Shown here: positions 13,220 through 27,572 of the stretch, piece by piece
Layout: each line of letters opens with the position of its first letter
How positions within the stretch are numbered: position 1 is the stretch's first letter
Assembly (NCBI GenBank): GCA_964016885.1
Contig: OZ024740.1
Span: 249,798,001 to 249,862,000, forward strand
Length of the DNA: 64,000 nt
Reading direction: 5' to 3'
From: Eledone cirrhosa
Lineage: Eukaryota
Made by a program: the position numbers and the translations under genes
Notes under the pieces: model-generated
Told to the model about the DNA's origin: nothing
Database searches by the model: none
The model's input: only the letters and a program-made list of their open reading frames with translations

Positions 13220-16200
13220 TAGGGTAAACGAGATACGATAGAGAAAACTATAGAAGCATTAAGTTGGTTGACCAGGTTATGAAGGTCACTGAAAGAATCA
13301 TAGCTCAGCTGATTAGAGAACAAGTTAACATAGATGAGATGCAGTTTGGATTTGTCCCAGGTAAAGGTACCACAGATGCTCTCTTCCTTGTAAGACAACT
13401 GCAGGAGAAGTACCTAGCTAAGAGTAAGCCCCTCTACATGGCTTTTGACAGACTCTTAGAAAACTAGGAGTTGAAAAATGGCTTGTGAGGGCAGTTCAAG
13501 CAATGTACAGAAGAACAGTCAGCAAGGTCTGAATTAACTTAACAATGACTGTTGTAAACACTAAATCCCTCCCCCATGAAGAATGCACCTCCCAACATAG
13601 ACTCATAGTCAGGACAAGACATACTCAACAACAGAGGAGGATTATCCTCAGGAGAAAAATATGGAAGTTAAAGGACCCCACAGCCAGTAATAAATTTAAA
13701 AGCATATTACTTGATGCTTTTGACAGTAAGGAAGAGCAATTAGAGTCGTACAATATAGAGGAACAGTGGGAATTCCTGAAAGCTAGCCTGCTGAAGTCTG
13801 TGGCTGGAGCAGGCCTATAGGCAGGAGGAGAGTAACGTAGTGGTGGAGGAGTCAATTAAGGTGAAAAAGCAGGCTTGGAAAGTATGGCGGGAGGGGGGAA
13901 GTAGAGAAGACTATCAAGTGGCCAGGAGGGAAGCTAGGAGACAAGTGTACTTCGCAAGAAGGGAAGCAGAGGAAAGAAAGTTCAAGCATGTTCTACAACG
14001 CGAGGACCAAAAACGTGAGGTGTTCAGGATTGCTAGGCAATATGTCAAGGAAAACCGTGATATTGTCGGGGAGAAGTGTGTCTTGAATGATGATGGTGTA
14101 CTTGCCATCACTGACGCTGATAAGAAGGTAGCTTGGAAGTGTCACTACGAAAGGCTACTAAATGGGGAGAATAAATGGGTGAAAGACAGTCTCCCCCACA
14201 TCGATCCAATAGAGGGACCAGCAGTGAAAGTTGAAGGTAGTATAATAAGTAAGGCAATCAAAGATATGAAGACGGGTAAGGCGGCTGGGCCTTCGGAAAT
14301 AGTTGCTGAAATGCTGAAAGCATCTGGAACGGTGGGACACACTATGGTCACCCGGATAGTAAACCAAGTCATACAGAATGGGGTTGTTCCGAAGGACTGG
14401 CGTAGCAGCATCATCATTAACTGCTACAAGGGTAAAGGAGATGCCCTAGATAGGGGTAACTATAGAGGCATTAAATTAATTGACCAGGTCATGAAGGTCA
14501 CAGAAAAAGTAATAGCGCAACTAATCAGAGAGCGAATTGATCTAGATGAAATGCAGTTCGGGTTTGTGTCAGGTAAAAGTACCACAGACACTCTTTTCAT
14601 TGTACTACAGGAGAAGTACCTAGCTAAAAGTAAACCCCTATACTTAGCTTTTGTTGACTTGGAGAAAGCCTTTAACAGAGTCCCCCGCTCCATTATCTGG
14701 TGGGCTCTTAGAAAACTAGATGTTGATGAATGGCTTGTGAGAGCTATACAAGCCATGTATAAAGAAACAGTCAGCAAGGTTAGAATTAACAAAGTGAAGA
14801 GTTTAGCGTAAAAGTTGGTGTTCATCAGGGCTCCGTTCTTAGCCCCCTACTATTTATTATTGCCCTTCAGGCTATAACAGAGGAGTTCAAGACCGGCTGC
14901 CCATGGGAACTCCTATACGCAGATGATCTAACGCTCATAGCTGAATCAATGGCCAAGCTAGAGAAGAAATTCCAAACATGGAAGCATGGCCTAGAATCAA
15001 AAGGCCTTAAAATTAACCACTCTAAGTTCTAGTTTGTAGGAAGGAAAATAGGGCACCGGTCCCATCTGGGAAATGGCCATGCTCAGTGTGTAGGAAAGGA
15101 GTAGGCAGAAACTCCATTTTATGTCCCAAATGCAAAGTATGGGTGCATAAAAGATGTAGTGGGATCACAGGTAAGCTAACTAAGAATATAGATTTTATAT
15201 GTGGCCGGTGCTCAGGTGCAATAAGTAGCAGCAAGTGCTCACAGAATACTAGCTCATTCCATTGCACAGATGGTTCTATAGAAATAGTGGACACCTTCCG
15301 TTACCTGGGTGACAAAATCAGTAGTGGTGGAGGGTGCTCTGAAAGTACAGTAGCTCGAGTCAGAACGGGATGGAAAAAGTTCAGAGAGCTTATACCACTA
15401 TTGGCCGCTAAAGGGTTCTCTCTAAAAATGAAAGGCAGGCTGTATGATGCCTGCATACAAACAGCAATGTTACATGGCAGTGAGACTTGGGCATTGTGTG
15501 CAGAGGATATACGCAGAATGGAGAGGAACGAAGCTTGCATGCTCCACTGGATGTGTAATAGTAATATACGTGAACGGCAAAGCATAAATGAACTAAGGGA
15601 GAAATTAGGAATAAGAGGGATCAGATGTTGTTTACTCGAGAGAAGACTACGTTGGTACGGTCACGTGATGCGCATGAAAGACAACAGCTGTATAAAAAAG
15701 TGCAGGGCGATAAAAATAGACGGTAGCTACGGAGTAGGCAGACCCAGAAAAACCTGGGACGACTTGATAACTTCCGACCTCACACACTTACACCTCTCCA
15801 AGACAATGTCACTGGACCGAGATCTTTGGCGCCACACAGTAATACAGAAGACCCGCCTTGCCTAAGTACAAAGCGAAACCTACAATCAGTAGGCACCTCT
15901 AACAAAAATACACCCCCGTCCCACTACCCCCACCTCATCCCTTTCAATGTAAAGTTATGTTGGAACCACAACATCCAGGCCGAAACAAATGAGGTCGTGT
16001 AGGTGTCTCGACAAAAAAAACACACAGTCCACGCTGTAATGTGGCCGTGTAGGTAACACGGTAAAATCCTCCAAGTCCACACTGTAAATGTGGTTGGTGT
16101 TAGGAAGGGCATGCAGCCATAGAAAACCTGCCAGACAGTCCTATACGAGCAAGTCAACCAATCTTGCCTCAAGTGGGAAAATTCCCGTCCAAACCCATGC

Positions 16201-16240
16201 AAGCGTGGAAGATGGATGTTAAACGATGATGATGATGATG
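13220..16240 (+). mobile_element. RTE LINE pieces: short RT fragment (13220-13540) joined to a decayed 5'-truncated copy with 3' UTR and (GAT)n tail
   Basis: ORFs 13264, 13545, 13840 and 15086 are collinear with the 8343-10838 protein; tail at 16225-16240. Confidence 0.92.
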
Positions 16241-16244
16241 AATG

Positions 16245-17619
16245 ACTATCGCGAAGAATTTAGTGTGCAGGCTGGTGTTCAAGGCTGAGTTCTTATCCCC
16301 CTCCTGTTTGTCATCGTCCTACAGGCAATAACGGAGGAGTTTAAGACTGGCTGCCCTTGGGAACTTCTATATGAAGATAACCTAACCCTTATAGCTGAAT
16401 TAGAGATGAAATTCCAAACCTGGAAGCAAGGCCTCGAATCTAAAGGTCTTAGAGAAAACAAGGCCCAGATCTCCTCAGGGAAATGGCCCTGCTCGGTGTG
16501 CAGAAAGGGAGTAGGTAGAAATTCCATTCTATGTCCCAAATGCAAGCAAGGGTACACAAAAGATGTAGTAGGATCTCATGCAGGCTAACAAAGAATGTAG
16601 GTTTTACATGTAGCTGGTGCACAGAAGATACAATCTTCAAAAGGCAAGAACCCTCAAGATACAATCACCTTCAAATGCTCAGAGGGCTCGGTAGAAGTGG
16701 TAGATAGTTTCTGTTACCTGGGTAACCAAATCAGTAGTGGGGGAGGGTGTTCTGAAAGTACAGTAACCAGACTGAGATTGGGTTGGAGAAAGTTCAGGGA
16801 GCTACTACTATTACTAACTACAAAAGGTTTTTCCCTCAAAATGAAAAGCAGACTGTATGATGCATGTATACAAACAACAATGTTGCACAGCAATGAGACC
16901 TGGGCACTGTGTGCTGAGCAGCTGCGAAGATTGGAAAGAAATGAAGCCTCCATGCTTCACTGGATGTGCAATAGCAATATATGTGAATGGCAAAGTATAA
17001 ATGTGTGAGAAATTGAGCATAAGAAGGATCAATTGTTGCGTGCAGGAGAGGAGATTGCGTTGGTATGGACATGTGATGTGTATGAAGGATGACAGCTGTA
17101 TAAAAAGGTGCAGAGCGCTCAAAGTTGATGGTAGCCGTGGAGTGGGCAGGCGTAGGAAAACTTGGGATGAGGTAATAAAAGCTGATTTGCACAATTACAC
17201 CTATCTGATGATCATGATGATGAAAGGCAATGACACAGGACTGCGACCTCTGATGCTATGCAAAATTACAGAAAACCCGCCCTCTATTATTCTTGGGCTA
17301 AAGCAGATACCTAGTAGGCAACACCTTTTTCAACCTTCCCCCCTCCCATACACATCCATTTGCGGTAACCATTCTTCTATTACCTACGTCCACAATTTCC
17401 CCAAGCTCCCTAGTTTCAAGACAAAAGTGCCCAGTTCACACTGTAATATGGTCGTGTAGGTGACATGACAAAAACCGCCCAGCACACACAGTAAATGTGG
17501 TTGGCATTAGGAAGGGCATCCAGCTGTAGAAATCAAGCCAAAATCTATCCCAGGTGAGTTAAACATGGTCCTACCCACACTAGTGAGGAAGATGGATGTT
17601 AAACGATGATGATGATGAT
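16245..17619 (+). mobile_element. Decayed RTE LINE 3' portion with tail
   Basis: GCPWELLY, GKWPCSVC, RLRWYGH; gatgttaaacgatgatgatgatga end. Confidence 0.88.
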
Positions 17620-17749
17620 TCTATGCAAGAATAAATATTATATATATTTTTATTTTACTATATTTATATATATGTATTATTTGATACACTATTATAGCAT
17701 CCTTAGCACTCCGCTGGACTTTCTCTAGCTATCTGATATTGGTTTTTGT

Positions 17750-18560
17750 TACTCTCATTTTTCTAGTCTTTCCACATCTGTCTCTAATCCTTAATGGCTA
17801 TATCCACTGTGTTATTCCACCATCAGGTCACTTTCTGTCTCACTGGTGCTTTGCTCCAGCCACAAGTTTCATCAGTGGCCTGTAGTAGGTTATCATGTAA
17901 GAACTTCCAATATGTTATATGTATCTAACTCGTCTACCTTCTCATGATATGCCTCTAAAGTTATACTTAACTGAAAGGTTGTTTAGTTTCCATACTTTCC
18001 TACATTTCAGTGTTGCAAATGGTTAGTTCATTTGCATCACATAATTCAAGGAGCCTCACTTCCTCTTCATCGTGGTACTGTCTACATGCCCATTGAAATC
18101 GCCAGCTAGGATGATGAGGTTTCTGTCATCTGTCACTGCAGTTGCCTGTAAAAGTTCCTCATAGAACCTATCCTTTTCTTCTTTACTCAGTTTTGTTAGT
18201 GGTGTATCGGCAGAGATAATGAGCTTGAAAATTCTGCCACTAACTCTAACTACCTTAATTACCTTATCTGTCCACTTCTCAGCTAGTAGGGTACTTACAC
18301 CACCAACCCCATCATCATTTCATACCCAGTAAGGTTTGTTTCTACATTGTTTGCCTGTCAGTAATCTGGTTGATGCACCTCTTGAACACAAGATACATTC
18401 AAGCTTTTCACAATTTCTCCAGATCTATCTTTCAGTGTGCCCACGTTGAGAGTGGCAGTCTGGGGGTGTGTTAATGATTATGTCCTCTGCTATTTCTTCT
18501 TAGTACCTAGGAGGAAATAAAGTTGTATGATTACTTGATGATGGTCAAGGGATGCTCACA
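17750..18560 (-). mobile_element. Highly decayed RTE LINE 5' (APE) fragments
   Basis: Remnants of TLNVGTL, DDGVGGV and LAGDFNGHVD with many deletions. Confidence 0.65.
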
Positions 18561-18619
18561 TATGGCTATGTGAGCCAGCCCACTACCATGTACAGCACTA
18601 ACATAACTCATGCATAACA

Positions 18620-19502
18620 TAGCTTATACCGCTGTTGGCCACAAAAGGTTTCTCTCTAAAAATGAAAGGCAGATTGTATGATGCCTGCATACGAACAGCA
18701 ATGTTACATGGCAGTGAGACATGGGCATTACGTGCAGAGGATCTGCGCAGACTGGAAAGGAACGAAGCATGCGTGCTCCATTGGATGTGTAATAGTAATA
18801 TATATGAACGGCAAAGCATAAATGAACTAAGTGAGAAATTAGGAATAAGAGGGATCAGATGCCGTTTACTTGAGAAAAGACTACGTTGGTATGGCCAGGT
18901 GATGCGCATGAAAGACGACAGCTGTATAAAAAAGTGCATGGCGATCAAAATTGATGGAAGTTACAGAGTAGGTAGACCCAGAAAAACATGGGACGATTTG
19001 ATAAATTCCAACCTTACACACTTGCACCTCTCTAAGAACAATGTCACTGGACCGAGATCTTTGGCGCCACGCTATAATACAGAAGACCCTCTCTCGTACA
19101 AAGCAAAACCTAGTCAGTAGGCACCTCTTAACCAAATATACACCCCAATTCACTACCCCTACTCCATCCTCCCACTCCCACCAACACCACCCTTTCTCTG
19201 TAAAGTTGGTACCACAACATCCAGTCCAAATTACTGAGATAATGAGATCGAGATCGTGAAGGTGTCACGACAAAAGCACACACAGTCCACGCTGTAATGT
19301 GGCCGTGTAAGTAACACGGTAAAAAGTTCCCAGTCCACACTGTAAATGTGGTTGGTGTTAGGAAAAGCATCCAGCCGTAGAAAACCTGCCAGATAGTCCT
19401 ATATGAGCGAGACACGGTCATCCGACTAACCTTGCCTCAAATTGGGACAACTCCCGTCTAACCCATGCTAGCATGGAAGATAGACGTTAAACGATGATGA
19501 TT
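18620..19502 (+). mobile_element. RTE LINE 3' fragment with 3' UTR and tail
   Basis: ORF 18635-19120 (KGRLYDACIRTAMLHGSETW); gacgttaaacgatgatgat end. Confidence 0.9.
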
Positions 19503-21832
19503 ACTCAATAAGGTGCATAGCTTGGAGATTATAGTTCCAATACTACAGATATGTGGTTAGAATATCTAAAGAGAGAAATGCTGGACAGATTTTACGGGCA
19601 AAGCCAACTGACAGGAAGCCTTGAGGTAGACCATGAGCAAGATGATTGGATAACATTCATGAGTTCGGCTGGTCTTGCTTAGGGATCCAGCCGGATCAAT
19701 TGGAAACGATTGCTTTTGACAGGACCTTGTGGAAGGCATGCCTGAGGACTCTTCCCCCATGACCCTCCCAGGAATACGTAGGAAAAGAAGAAGTAGTAGT
19801 ATTAGTAGTTCTGTAAAAGACATTTTGAGATTTGCTCACAGAAGTGGTAAGAGCGAATCTGAAAACACTGAACCTCAGAGTGGATGATGAAGAAATGGAG
19901 ATAAGCTGTGCTGGAAAAGAGCCATCCAACCCACGCAAGAATGAAAAAAAAACCCGATGAAGACTGTTATAGAGATTCCGTTATTGGCTTATAGTTGAAA
20001 TGTTTTTGTTGTTGTTTAGCTCCTGGTCAGCTATGTTCTAACCATGAATGACCATTGCACCCGTTCAGAAAAGGACTACATTATGCAATATGTACTTTTT
20101 TTGTAAAATAGTAAAGTGTAATTTGAGGAAGATGTGACTATTTCTAGCACATCAAGTAACCACGTAAAGATTTCTCTCATTGGTTTGTAGTAGCATTGTA
20201 TGAAGTGGTTAAGGTAGTAGCAGCAGAACTACTAACAATACAGTTTCAAAAAACATTTTAATAAGGATTTAAGTAAATTCAAATTTAAAATTTTTCTTTT
20301 AAATACACCAATTCTCAATTTTTTTTTACTGTTTTAATCAGGATCGGAAGGGCAGTCAGTAATCAGGGCTCTTTTTTAGGGCTTCAGAAACTGTTAGGAT
20401 ATAGAAAGTTATCTTTAAACAGGAGACTTAGTCCACAAGCTTGCAACTCAAGCAATAGTTAATGTCTAACACATACTTAGGCCACAGTAAGATTTGAACC
20501 CAGAACCCAAAGGGAGGAATGCATTATCTCTTTCTTCTAATGTTAGGGTTTTTCACCTTTTCCAGAAAGAAAATTTGGATATTAAATATTTGTCCAATCA
20601 ATTTTTTTAACAGTGAAAGAAAGAAAAAGAAGTGAATTAATAAAAACATCAAAACACAAATAAATAAACCAAAAAATTAACATATTTGGCTGGGTTTATA
20701 AATTTAAACACAGAAATTACAATGGCCAATGCTTACTCAGCTGCCCTGCCTATTTCTTTCTAACACTAAACATATACACAGAAAGATCAGTTATGTGTGT
20801 TAGAGTAGCTCTAAGTCTGGAGGTATTCCAAGTCTTTGGGACAGCTGTTGTTATGGCTCACATCTTTGTAAGTTTAGCAGTCCTATGAGTTTACATCTCA
20901 TAAGAGAATTTTGAGGTGTTTAATGATAGGCCCCCAGTCCTATTATTGGAGCAGTCTCTGATAGATTTCTGTTCATAATTTAGAATTTTTCAAACACCAA
21001 GAAATGATCCTGAACAAAAATGAAAATATTATAAGAGAAACTCATATATAAAAAAAAATAGTTGAAATGTCTGTTAGAATTGGAGATCAAATATGTTTTC
21101 TTTTTTCAGAAATTGCCATCAACATCAGCAGAAAATTAACAACATTAGTGTTGAGATATTGTTTTGTTCAGGTGTAACAAAATTCTGGTTAATCAAGATA
21201 ATAATTCCATTATTAAAGCAGAGAAATTTCTGGTTTTGGTTAACATTTAGAATCAACATCCTCATTGTGTAACTAGTATTGTAGTGTTCTCTATGAATAC
21301 AGGAAAGTTGATTTTTGACAGTGTTGCCATTCTGTATAACAAAAATTCTGGTTATTGAATCAAGCAATTCCATTTGAGCGCCAAGCCAAAAGTGTTTGTA
21401 TACCAAAAATGAAGTTTCATCTTTTACCCCTCTCCCACCCTCATTGCATGCTAAAGACTTACTGGTATGTTTTAGTTTAGTTTGTGAAGCAGAGACCCAG
21501 ATAAAGTGAAAAAATTGTCATATAATCCTGACCTGGGACAGTAATATACCGAAAATGGCACTGACATTCAAAATGTTAAAACAGAGACATTCTGCTTTTG
21601 GATAATGTTTAGAATTAACATTTTCGGAACTAGTTTTGTGTGTCCTTTCTGAATATAGAAAAGTTGATTTAAAAAAAAATCTAATGTGTGTGTGTGTGTA
21701 AAATGGTGCAGACTGCTGATAACAGTTACTCTGGACTGTCAAAAGCTTTCCCAGTAGTTTCAATGTAGGATGATTCTGAGAATGTTGACATTAAAACAAT
21801 TCTGATTCCAATGTTATAAATTGTGTAGTCTT

Positions 21833-21896
21833 TCATTCTTTGTATTCCAGAAATAACTTGAGGCGTCTTTGGGTTTCAAGACCAAGCCGAAAATCC
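21833..21896 (-). CDS. NDC1: Nucleoporin NDC1 (TMEM48), last coding exon
   Basis: Acceptor tctttacag|G; encodes (L)DFRLGLETQRRLKLFLEYKE-stop, resembling the vertebrate NDC1 C-terminus (..QKRLQQFLEFKE, recalled from memory); phase fits the preceding exon. Confidence 0.93.
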
Positions 21897-22009
21897 CTGT
21901 AAAGAAGAGAAATTAATGATAATTTTAAAATTAGGCACAAAGCCAACACTTTTTGAGGGGAGAAGAAACTCAATTATATCAACCCTAATAGTTGACCAGT
22001 ACTAATCAG

Positions 22010-23510
22010 TAAATAAAGTGTTCTGGCGAACTATTTGCCAATTTCATAATACATAGTCCTCATCCATGCCTGCTACCAGGAATGTGTCTGGGGTTTTCTT
22101 CTCTTCAGAGAAGTGCATCCTTGCAAGCTGGAGAGAATACTTTGCCGATCTTTTAATCCTAGTTACAACAGCATCCTCTGATGTACATAAGATGCATTTG
22201 GGAGCGATGACTAATCTCTTGGAGGTTGGGGCCACAAGAACAATTAAAGAGCTCAAAGCCACTGGGGAGGATGAAATTCAGCCTAAGATGTTAAAAGTGT
22301 GCCGGGATCTCTGGAAAGACACCTACGCAATGGCAATTAGGAGTGATAATCCTAATTTTTAAAAAGGGAGACAAAAGAGATTGCTCCAATTATAGAGGAA
22401 TCTTCTTGTTAAGCCTCCCTGGTAAAGTATATGCTAAGTGTCTGGCAAAGAGATGTAAGGATATTGTCGAGTCCAAGCTAGCTGATGAACAGTGTGGTTT
22501 TCACCCCAGATGCAGCACAGCCAGCCAAATATTCACATTGCAGCAGGTATTCAAGAACTTGTGTGAATATTGCCAAGAGGTGTATTCTTGTTTCATAAAC
22601 CTCAAAAAGGTATATGACTGTGTTCCAGGGGATCTCTTGTGCAAGGTTCTGCAGGAGTATGCTATCAATAGACAGCTTCATGTTGTCCCGTTGACTCTAT
22701 ACAAATGCCCTAGTATTGTATTTGGATAAATGGTACTAAGTCGAAACTATTCAATGTAAGAGTCAGACTCTGTCAAGGGTGCGTACTGTCACCTCTCCTG
22801 TGCATAATACGGACAGGATTGACATGTGCAGCCAGGTTGGAAGTAGTATCGAGATTGGTAGATGTAGGATCTCTGACTACACTTGATAGGTTTGCTGCCA
22901 AGTGCTGCATGGCAGGAATGAAAATCAGTGTTGCAAAGACTGAGACACTCGTCTTTTCAAGGGAGCCTGCGCAGTGTACTCTACATATGAATGGAGTTCC
23001 ACTGAAATAGATGGATAAGTTGAAGTATTTTGGGCTCATGTTTATGACTGATGGAAGGTAGGAGGCTGAATTAAAGGGATGTAAGTATAAAAATCAAACT
23101 CGCTATCTTCAATTCGGTATTCATGTCAACAACACTTGGATAATGACCGAAAGAATATGATCGTGAATACAAATTGCCAAAATGGGGTCTACCAAAGGAT
23201 CTTCAGAGTATTGTTATTCGGGCATAGCTTGGAAATTACTGAGTCGCTACCGGTAGAGCTGCTACTTCTCTGAATTGAGAGATAACAGCTCCGATATTTT
23301 GGACATGTGGTGAGACTATCTCAAGAAAGAATTGCTGGACAGATTTTACGGACAAAACCAACTGGCAGAAGACCTAGGGGTAGACCCCAAGCAAGATGGT
23401 TGGATAACATCCATAAGCTTAGCTGGATCAATTTAAGATGGTTGCTTCTGACAGGACCCATTGGAAGGCAGGCTTGAGGTCTCTGCATCCATCACTCTCC
23501 CAGGGATAAA
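22010..23510 (+). mobile_element. Old RTE LINE (second family) in the last NDC1 intron
   Basis: FKKGDKRDCSNYRGI, EQCGFHP, QGCVLSPLL, QLRYFGHV remnants. Confidence 0.85.
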
Positions 23511-24711
23511 TTGGCAAAAAAAACACTACCAATTCTAACAATTCACTGTCCTACATGACATTTTTGTCTCTCTTTATTGATTCTGCCTGTCCATCACCCT
23601 AAATAATGATTTTTAACATAAATAAGCTCCATTCCAAGAGCAGTTAAGACAACCGACTGTAGAGATAATTTTCACAGTTGTTCAATCTGCTAGAAACAGC
23701 AGCCAAATTCCACATGTGAGAGAGCTTTTTGATTAAAAAAAACCTAATATACTAATTTTTTTTTGTAATAATTTCTTTAGTTAAAAACTTATAAATGTAT
23801 ATACCATCATCAACATTTAACATGGGTTTTCTTTGCTTGTGTGGGTTAGACAGAACTGGATGTCCTTCCTAATACCAACTACTTTACAACATGTACTGGG
23901 AGCATTTTTCATGTCACCAGCATGGCAAGCTTACAGGGTAGACTGGGTGCTTTTTATTGTGACACCAACACTATTTATCTAAAAACCCTTCATCGCAATT
24001 CATGTAAGAATCCCTGTTAAGTTACGTTTCAAACAACAGTGCAATAATGAGAAAGTCACACTACCAAATCCCTCCAAACACTTGATTATTTTCAATATAT
24101 ATATGTAAGGTGGTAGTGTTGGTGCTACGAAAAAAGCACCCAGTCCACTCAAGAAGGTGGTTGGTGTTAGGAAGGGCGTCCAACCGTAAAAAAAAAAAAG
24201 AAGCTAAAAATGGTGCATGTGAGCAAGACATGGTCACCTGATCTGTCTAGCCTCATAACATAACAGTCCTTCTAACCCATGCAGCATGAAAAATAAACAT
24301 TAAATGTAATTAAGTAATCTGTTTCAGACCATTGAAACTTCTTTATTTCTATAAAGAAATTGCTTTTAAAGCCAGATGAATGCTTCTAATTTCCCTTCTC
24401 TTAATGTTTTTAATGTTTTTCGTCCCACCCTTGCAAGCAGGGAAAAGCGGACGTAAAATGATGATGATGATCTCCATGCCAAATTACTATGCTTGCCTGA
24501 CCATCAACTTTGAAAATAAAACCTGTTATTAACCAGGCTGACTAAGGCAAACTTAGTTACAAAGATGTGTAAAAATAAAATAAAATAAAAATAAAAATTT
24601 GTTGTATTAAATAATAAAAGATTTAAACTTAAGATTATGTAGTCAGCAACCTATAACCTTAATCTCACATCTATTTCATCTCTATTTTGAAAATAACTCA
24701 TGTTTACTTAC

Positions 24712-24866
24712 AAAACACATTTTCCAAAAGTGTCTACAATTTGGTATATGGCAGATTTCAAAGCAGAACGGAAGGCATGTCGAAGAGCTAAGTCATGAGA
24801 ACAGTTGACACCAGTAAGACTTCGACGTCCAAGGGTTGATGTTAGTTTGAAATGTCGTTCCACATT
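24712..24866 (-). CDS. NDC1: NDC1 internal exon
   Basis: ttcttcag|AAT...TT|gtaagt, 155 nt; NVERHFKL...LRHAFRSALKSAIYQIVDTFGKCV matches the NDC1 motif [21 protein letters not shown]. Confidence 0.95.
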
Positions 24867-25349
24867 CTGAAGAAATAAAATAAAACCCCCCAAAAAAAAC
24901 CCAGGAATATGTCAAAAATCTTTACAAGGTGGAAATTAAAGTGAAAGAGTTGAATCTGATTGTTTGTGTTGGTAAGGGCCCTGCTCAAATATCCAATCTC
25001 TCCCCCTAATTGATTAAATCTACCTTAGAAGGATGAAAAATAAAGTTAACTTCAAAATGTAAAGGGAAAAGGACAGCTAAATAAGCAAGCCAACTCACTG
25101 CTCTCCTTAGCAGTAGTAGTAGTAATAATAGTAATGATTTCTACTTTAGACACAAGGCCAGTAATTTTGGTGGAGAGGGAAAAATCAATTAAACCAATCC
25201 TATTACTTAGCTGATACTATATTTTATCAATCTCAAAAGGATGAAGGACAAAGTTGACCGTAGCAGGATTTGAATTCAGAATGTAAATACTGCTAAACAT
25301 TTGGCTGAAGCTCTAACAATTTTGCCAAACTACTGCCCTAGAGTAATAA

Positions 25350-25540
25350 TTGTTTCTACTTTTGGCACAAGGTCAACAATTAATCCAGTGCATTACTGGT
25401 ATTTTATTTTATCGACCCCGTAAGGATGAACGGCAAAGTTAACCTCGGCGGGATTTGAACCCAGACCGTAAAGGGCCGTAACTCTATGCTGCAAAGCATG
25501 GCGTCCGACGCTCTATCGATACTGCCAATTCACCACCAGT
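25350..25540 (-). mobile_element. Near full-length tRNA-derived SINE
   Basis: Minus strand ggtggtgaattggcagtatcg (A-box region)..ggttcaaatcc (B box)..tgtgccaaaagtagaaacaatt; older copies nearby at about 25140-25320. Confidence 0.82.
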
Positions 25541-26267
25541 AGTAATAATGATAATAAATTTCATGATATATTTACTATGCTATAATATAACAGATAAGTA
25601 AAAATGAAGAGGATGAGAAGGAGAAAGTAGAAAAACTTTGATATGACATAAACATAGAAAGATTATTTCAGTTGAAATGCTAAGCAAAATTCATCTAAGT
25701 TTATGGCTACAAGACCCAATTTAAATGCAACACTTGGTCTTTATCAGAATCCACTTAGTTGGACAAGGTTTCTTGTCTCAGAATAATCCATAAGTCTTGA
25801 TGTCTTCTACTCTTTCTCCATCAGAGTTGAATGCTCTGTGAAATAGTCTCAATCACAGACATCTTCATTTCACTATTTTAACTGATTGTTAGAGAAGGAA
25901 TGGCTGGTCCAAATGCTTCCAACAGAGTGGATTCTGCTAAAAGCACCAAGGCTCAGGTGATGGTGTTAAACTGGAGAATGGATTAAGTTTATCACCTAAG
26001 TAGGCCATAGCTTGATTTGAACTCAGAATGCAAAGAGGTGAAACAAATAATGCAAGGCATCTTGCTTGATGCTCTAACAATTTGACTAATCCTTTGCAAT
26101 GGACTAGTACTTTGTTTTATTGACTTCAAAACAATGAAAGGCAAAGTTGACTTTGCTAATTTCTAAAAGGTACAAATACACACATACACATATAGCTAAT
26201 TAGGATGGGTAAATGAAGTTAAAACAGATCGATAGTGAAATCTGAAATGGTAATCTCATAAATTTAC

Positions 26268-26368
26268 CTCATAGAGTGACACCAAAACATTCAGAATCTC
26301 TGGTAAGTTCTGTTGTACTATACCAAGGGAATCTTCAGAATAAGAAGCAGCTACCAGCCGGGAGAGAG
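26268..26368 (-). CDS. NDC1: NDC1 internal exon
   Basis: ctatag|CT...GAG|gtaaat, 101 nt; ALSRLVAASYSEDSLGIVQQNLPEILNVLVSLYE matches the conserved NDC1 motif LSHLVAASFTEDRFGVVQ. Confidence 0.95.
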
Positions 26369-27457
26369 CTATAGTAAACAATGAAAGTTAACACAACATA
26401 TAGAATACAGTCTCAACACAACATACCAGCATTGCAGGTTGTGTAAGGGGATGTTAACGTGTAGTGGCAAGACTATGTAGTGATTATGGTTACAGTAATG
26501 AGACTGTGTATTGGTTGTAGTTGCAGTAACTAGACAGTGACTAGGTTGTGTACAGGTTATGTAGTGGTTATAGCTAATACTGTTAATTTCTACTGTGGCC
26601 AAAGTCAGTATGATTATTCTATGGCAGCAAACAATAAGGTTACTGCTACATTGGTTGTGGTTAAACTAGCTAACCTTGATAGTGGTTGAAGGCAATACAG
26701 TTAACTTTTTTAATGAACAAGATAAATGTTATTAATTGATCTCCATAATGATCAAGGCTGACGTTAACCTCTGTAATGATCAAGCCTGATGCTATCAATC
26801 TCAGTCTGGTGAGGAAAGATTGAGTGAAGTGCTTAATGCAAAGCTTGAAAGATGTGACAAGGAATGCTGTGTTAGTTGGAGTAAAAGTAGGCAGAATATG
26901 CAGCTAGCTAATTCAGAAAAATAAAGGCCATTGTAGTAGCAGCAGAAGCAAAGAAAGGAGAACATGCATGTGTTAGTGATTGTAGTGTGTTGGTGAGCGA
27001 ATGGTCAACAATTTGTCCAATAGCCATATTTTGATCTTGGATGTGTGTGTAGCAGCACCAACATCGTCCCATAGATATTGAGTTGTTGTTACAGCTTACA
27101 CATAAATAAGGTTAGCAGGCCTCCTATTAGATTGCGTCTCATGGGGGATTTCTTGGAAGTTTTAATGATAGGGGCCTCCTTAGTCATTCGACAATCTAAC
27201 AATTCCACCAATCCACCATCTAGGACTGAAACTTTATTAACCTAGAAAGAATGAAAGACAAAGTTGACCCCAGCAAGATGTGAACTTAGATTACAGAGAG
27301 CCAGAACAAATAATGCAAATTTACCACCAGCTATCAGCGGTATGCTTATTTTGAGCCAATATTTATCAGTTGAAATTGATACTAATTAATTAATATAATG
27401 GTACTGGTTGATGTTAGTAAACATTAGAGCAAGCAAGAAAAATAAAACAGTTCTCAC

Positions 27458-27572
27458 CTTCCACTGCCCAGATATGGATTTGAACAGAGGAGAATAATTT
27501 CCGAGGAGCAGCATCTGGTAGTTCTTGTAAAAAATAACCAAACACAGGCTTCTTTTTCAATACCTCTAAAAT
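27458..27572 (-). CDS. NDC1: NDC1 internal exon
   Basis: gtttag|ATT...GAAG|gtgaga, 115 nt; ILEVLKKKPVFGYFLQELPDAAPRKLFSSVQIHIWAVE (NDC1 ..QMHIWALE); phase 1 end joins the next exon in frame. Confidence 0.93.

Noticed and set aside
20200-21832. NDC1 3' UTR end and poly(A) site
   Set aside because: No unambiguous signal could be chosen by eye in AT-rich sequence
24712-24866. Alternative Cys-rich frame with an internal TGA
   Set aside because: The exon at 26268-26368 restores phase, and the NDC1-like frame explains the exon
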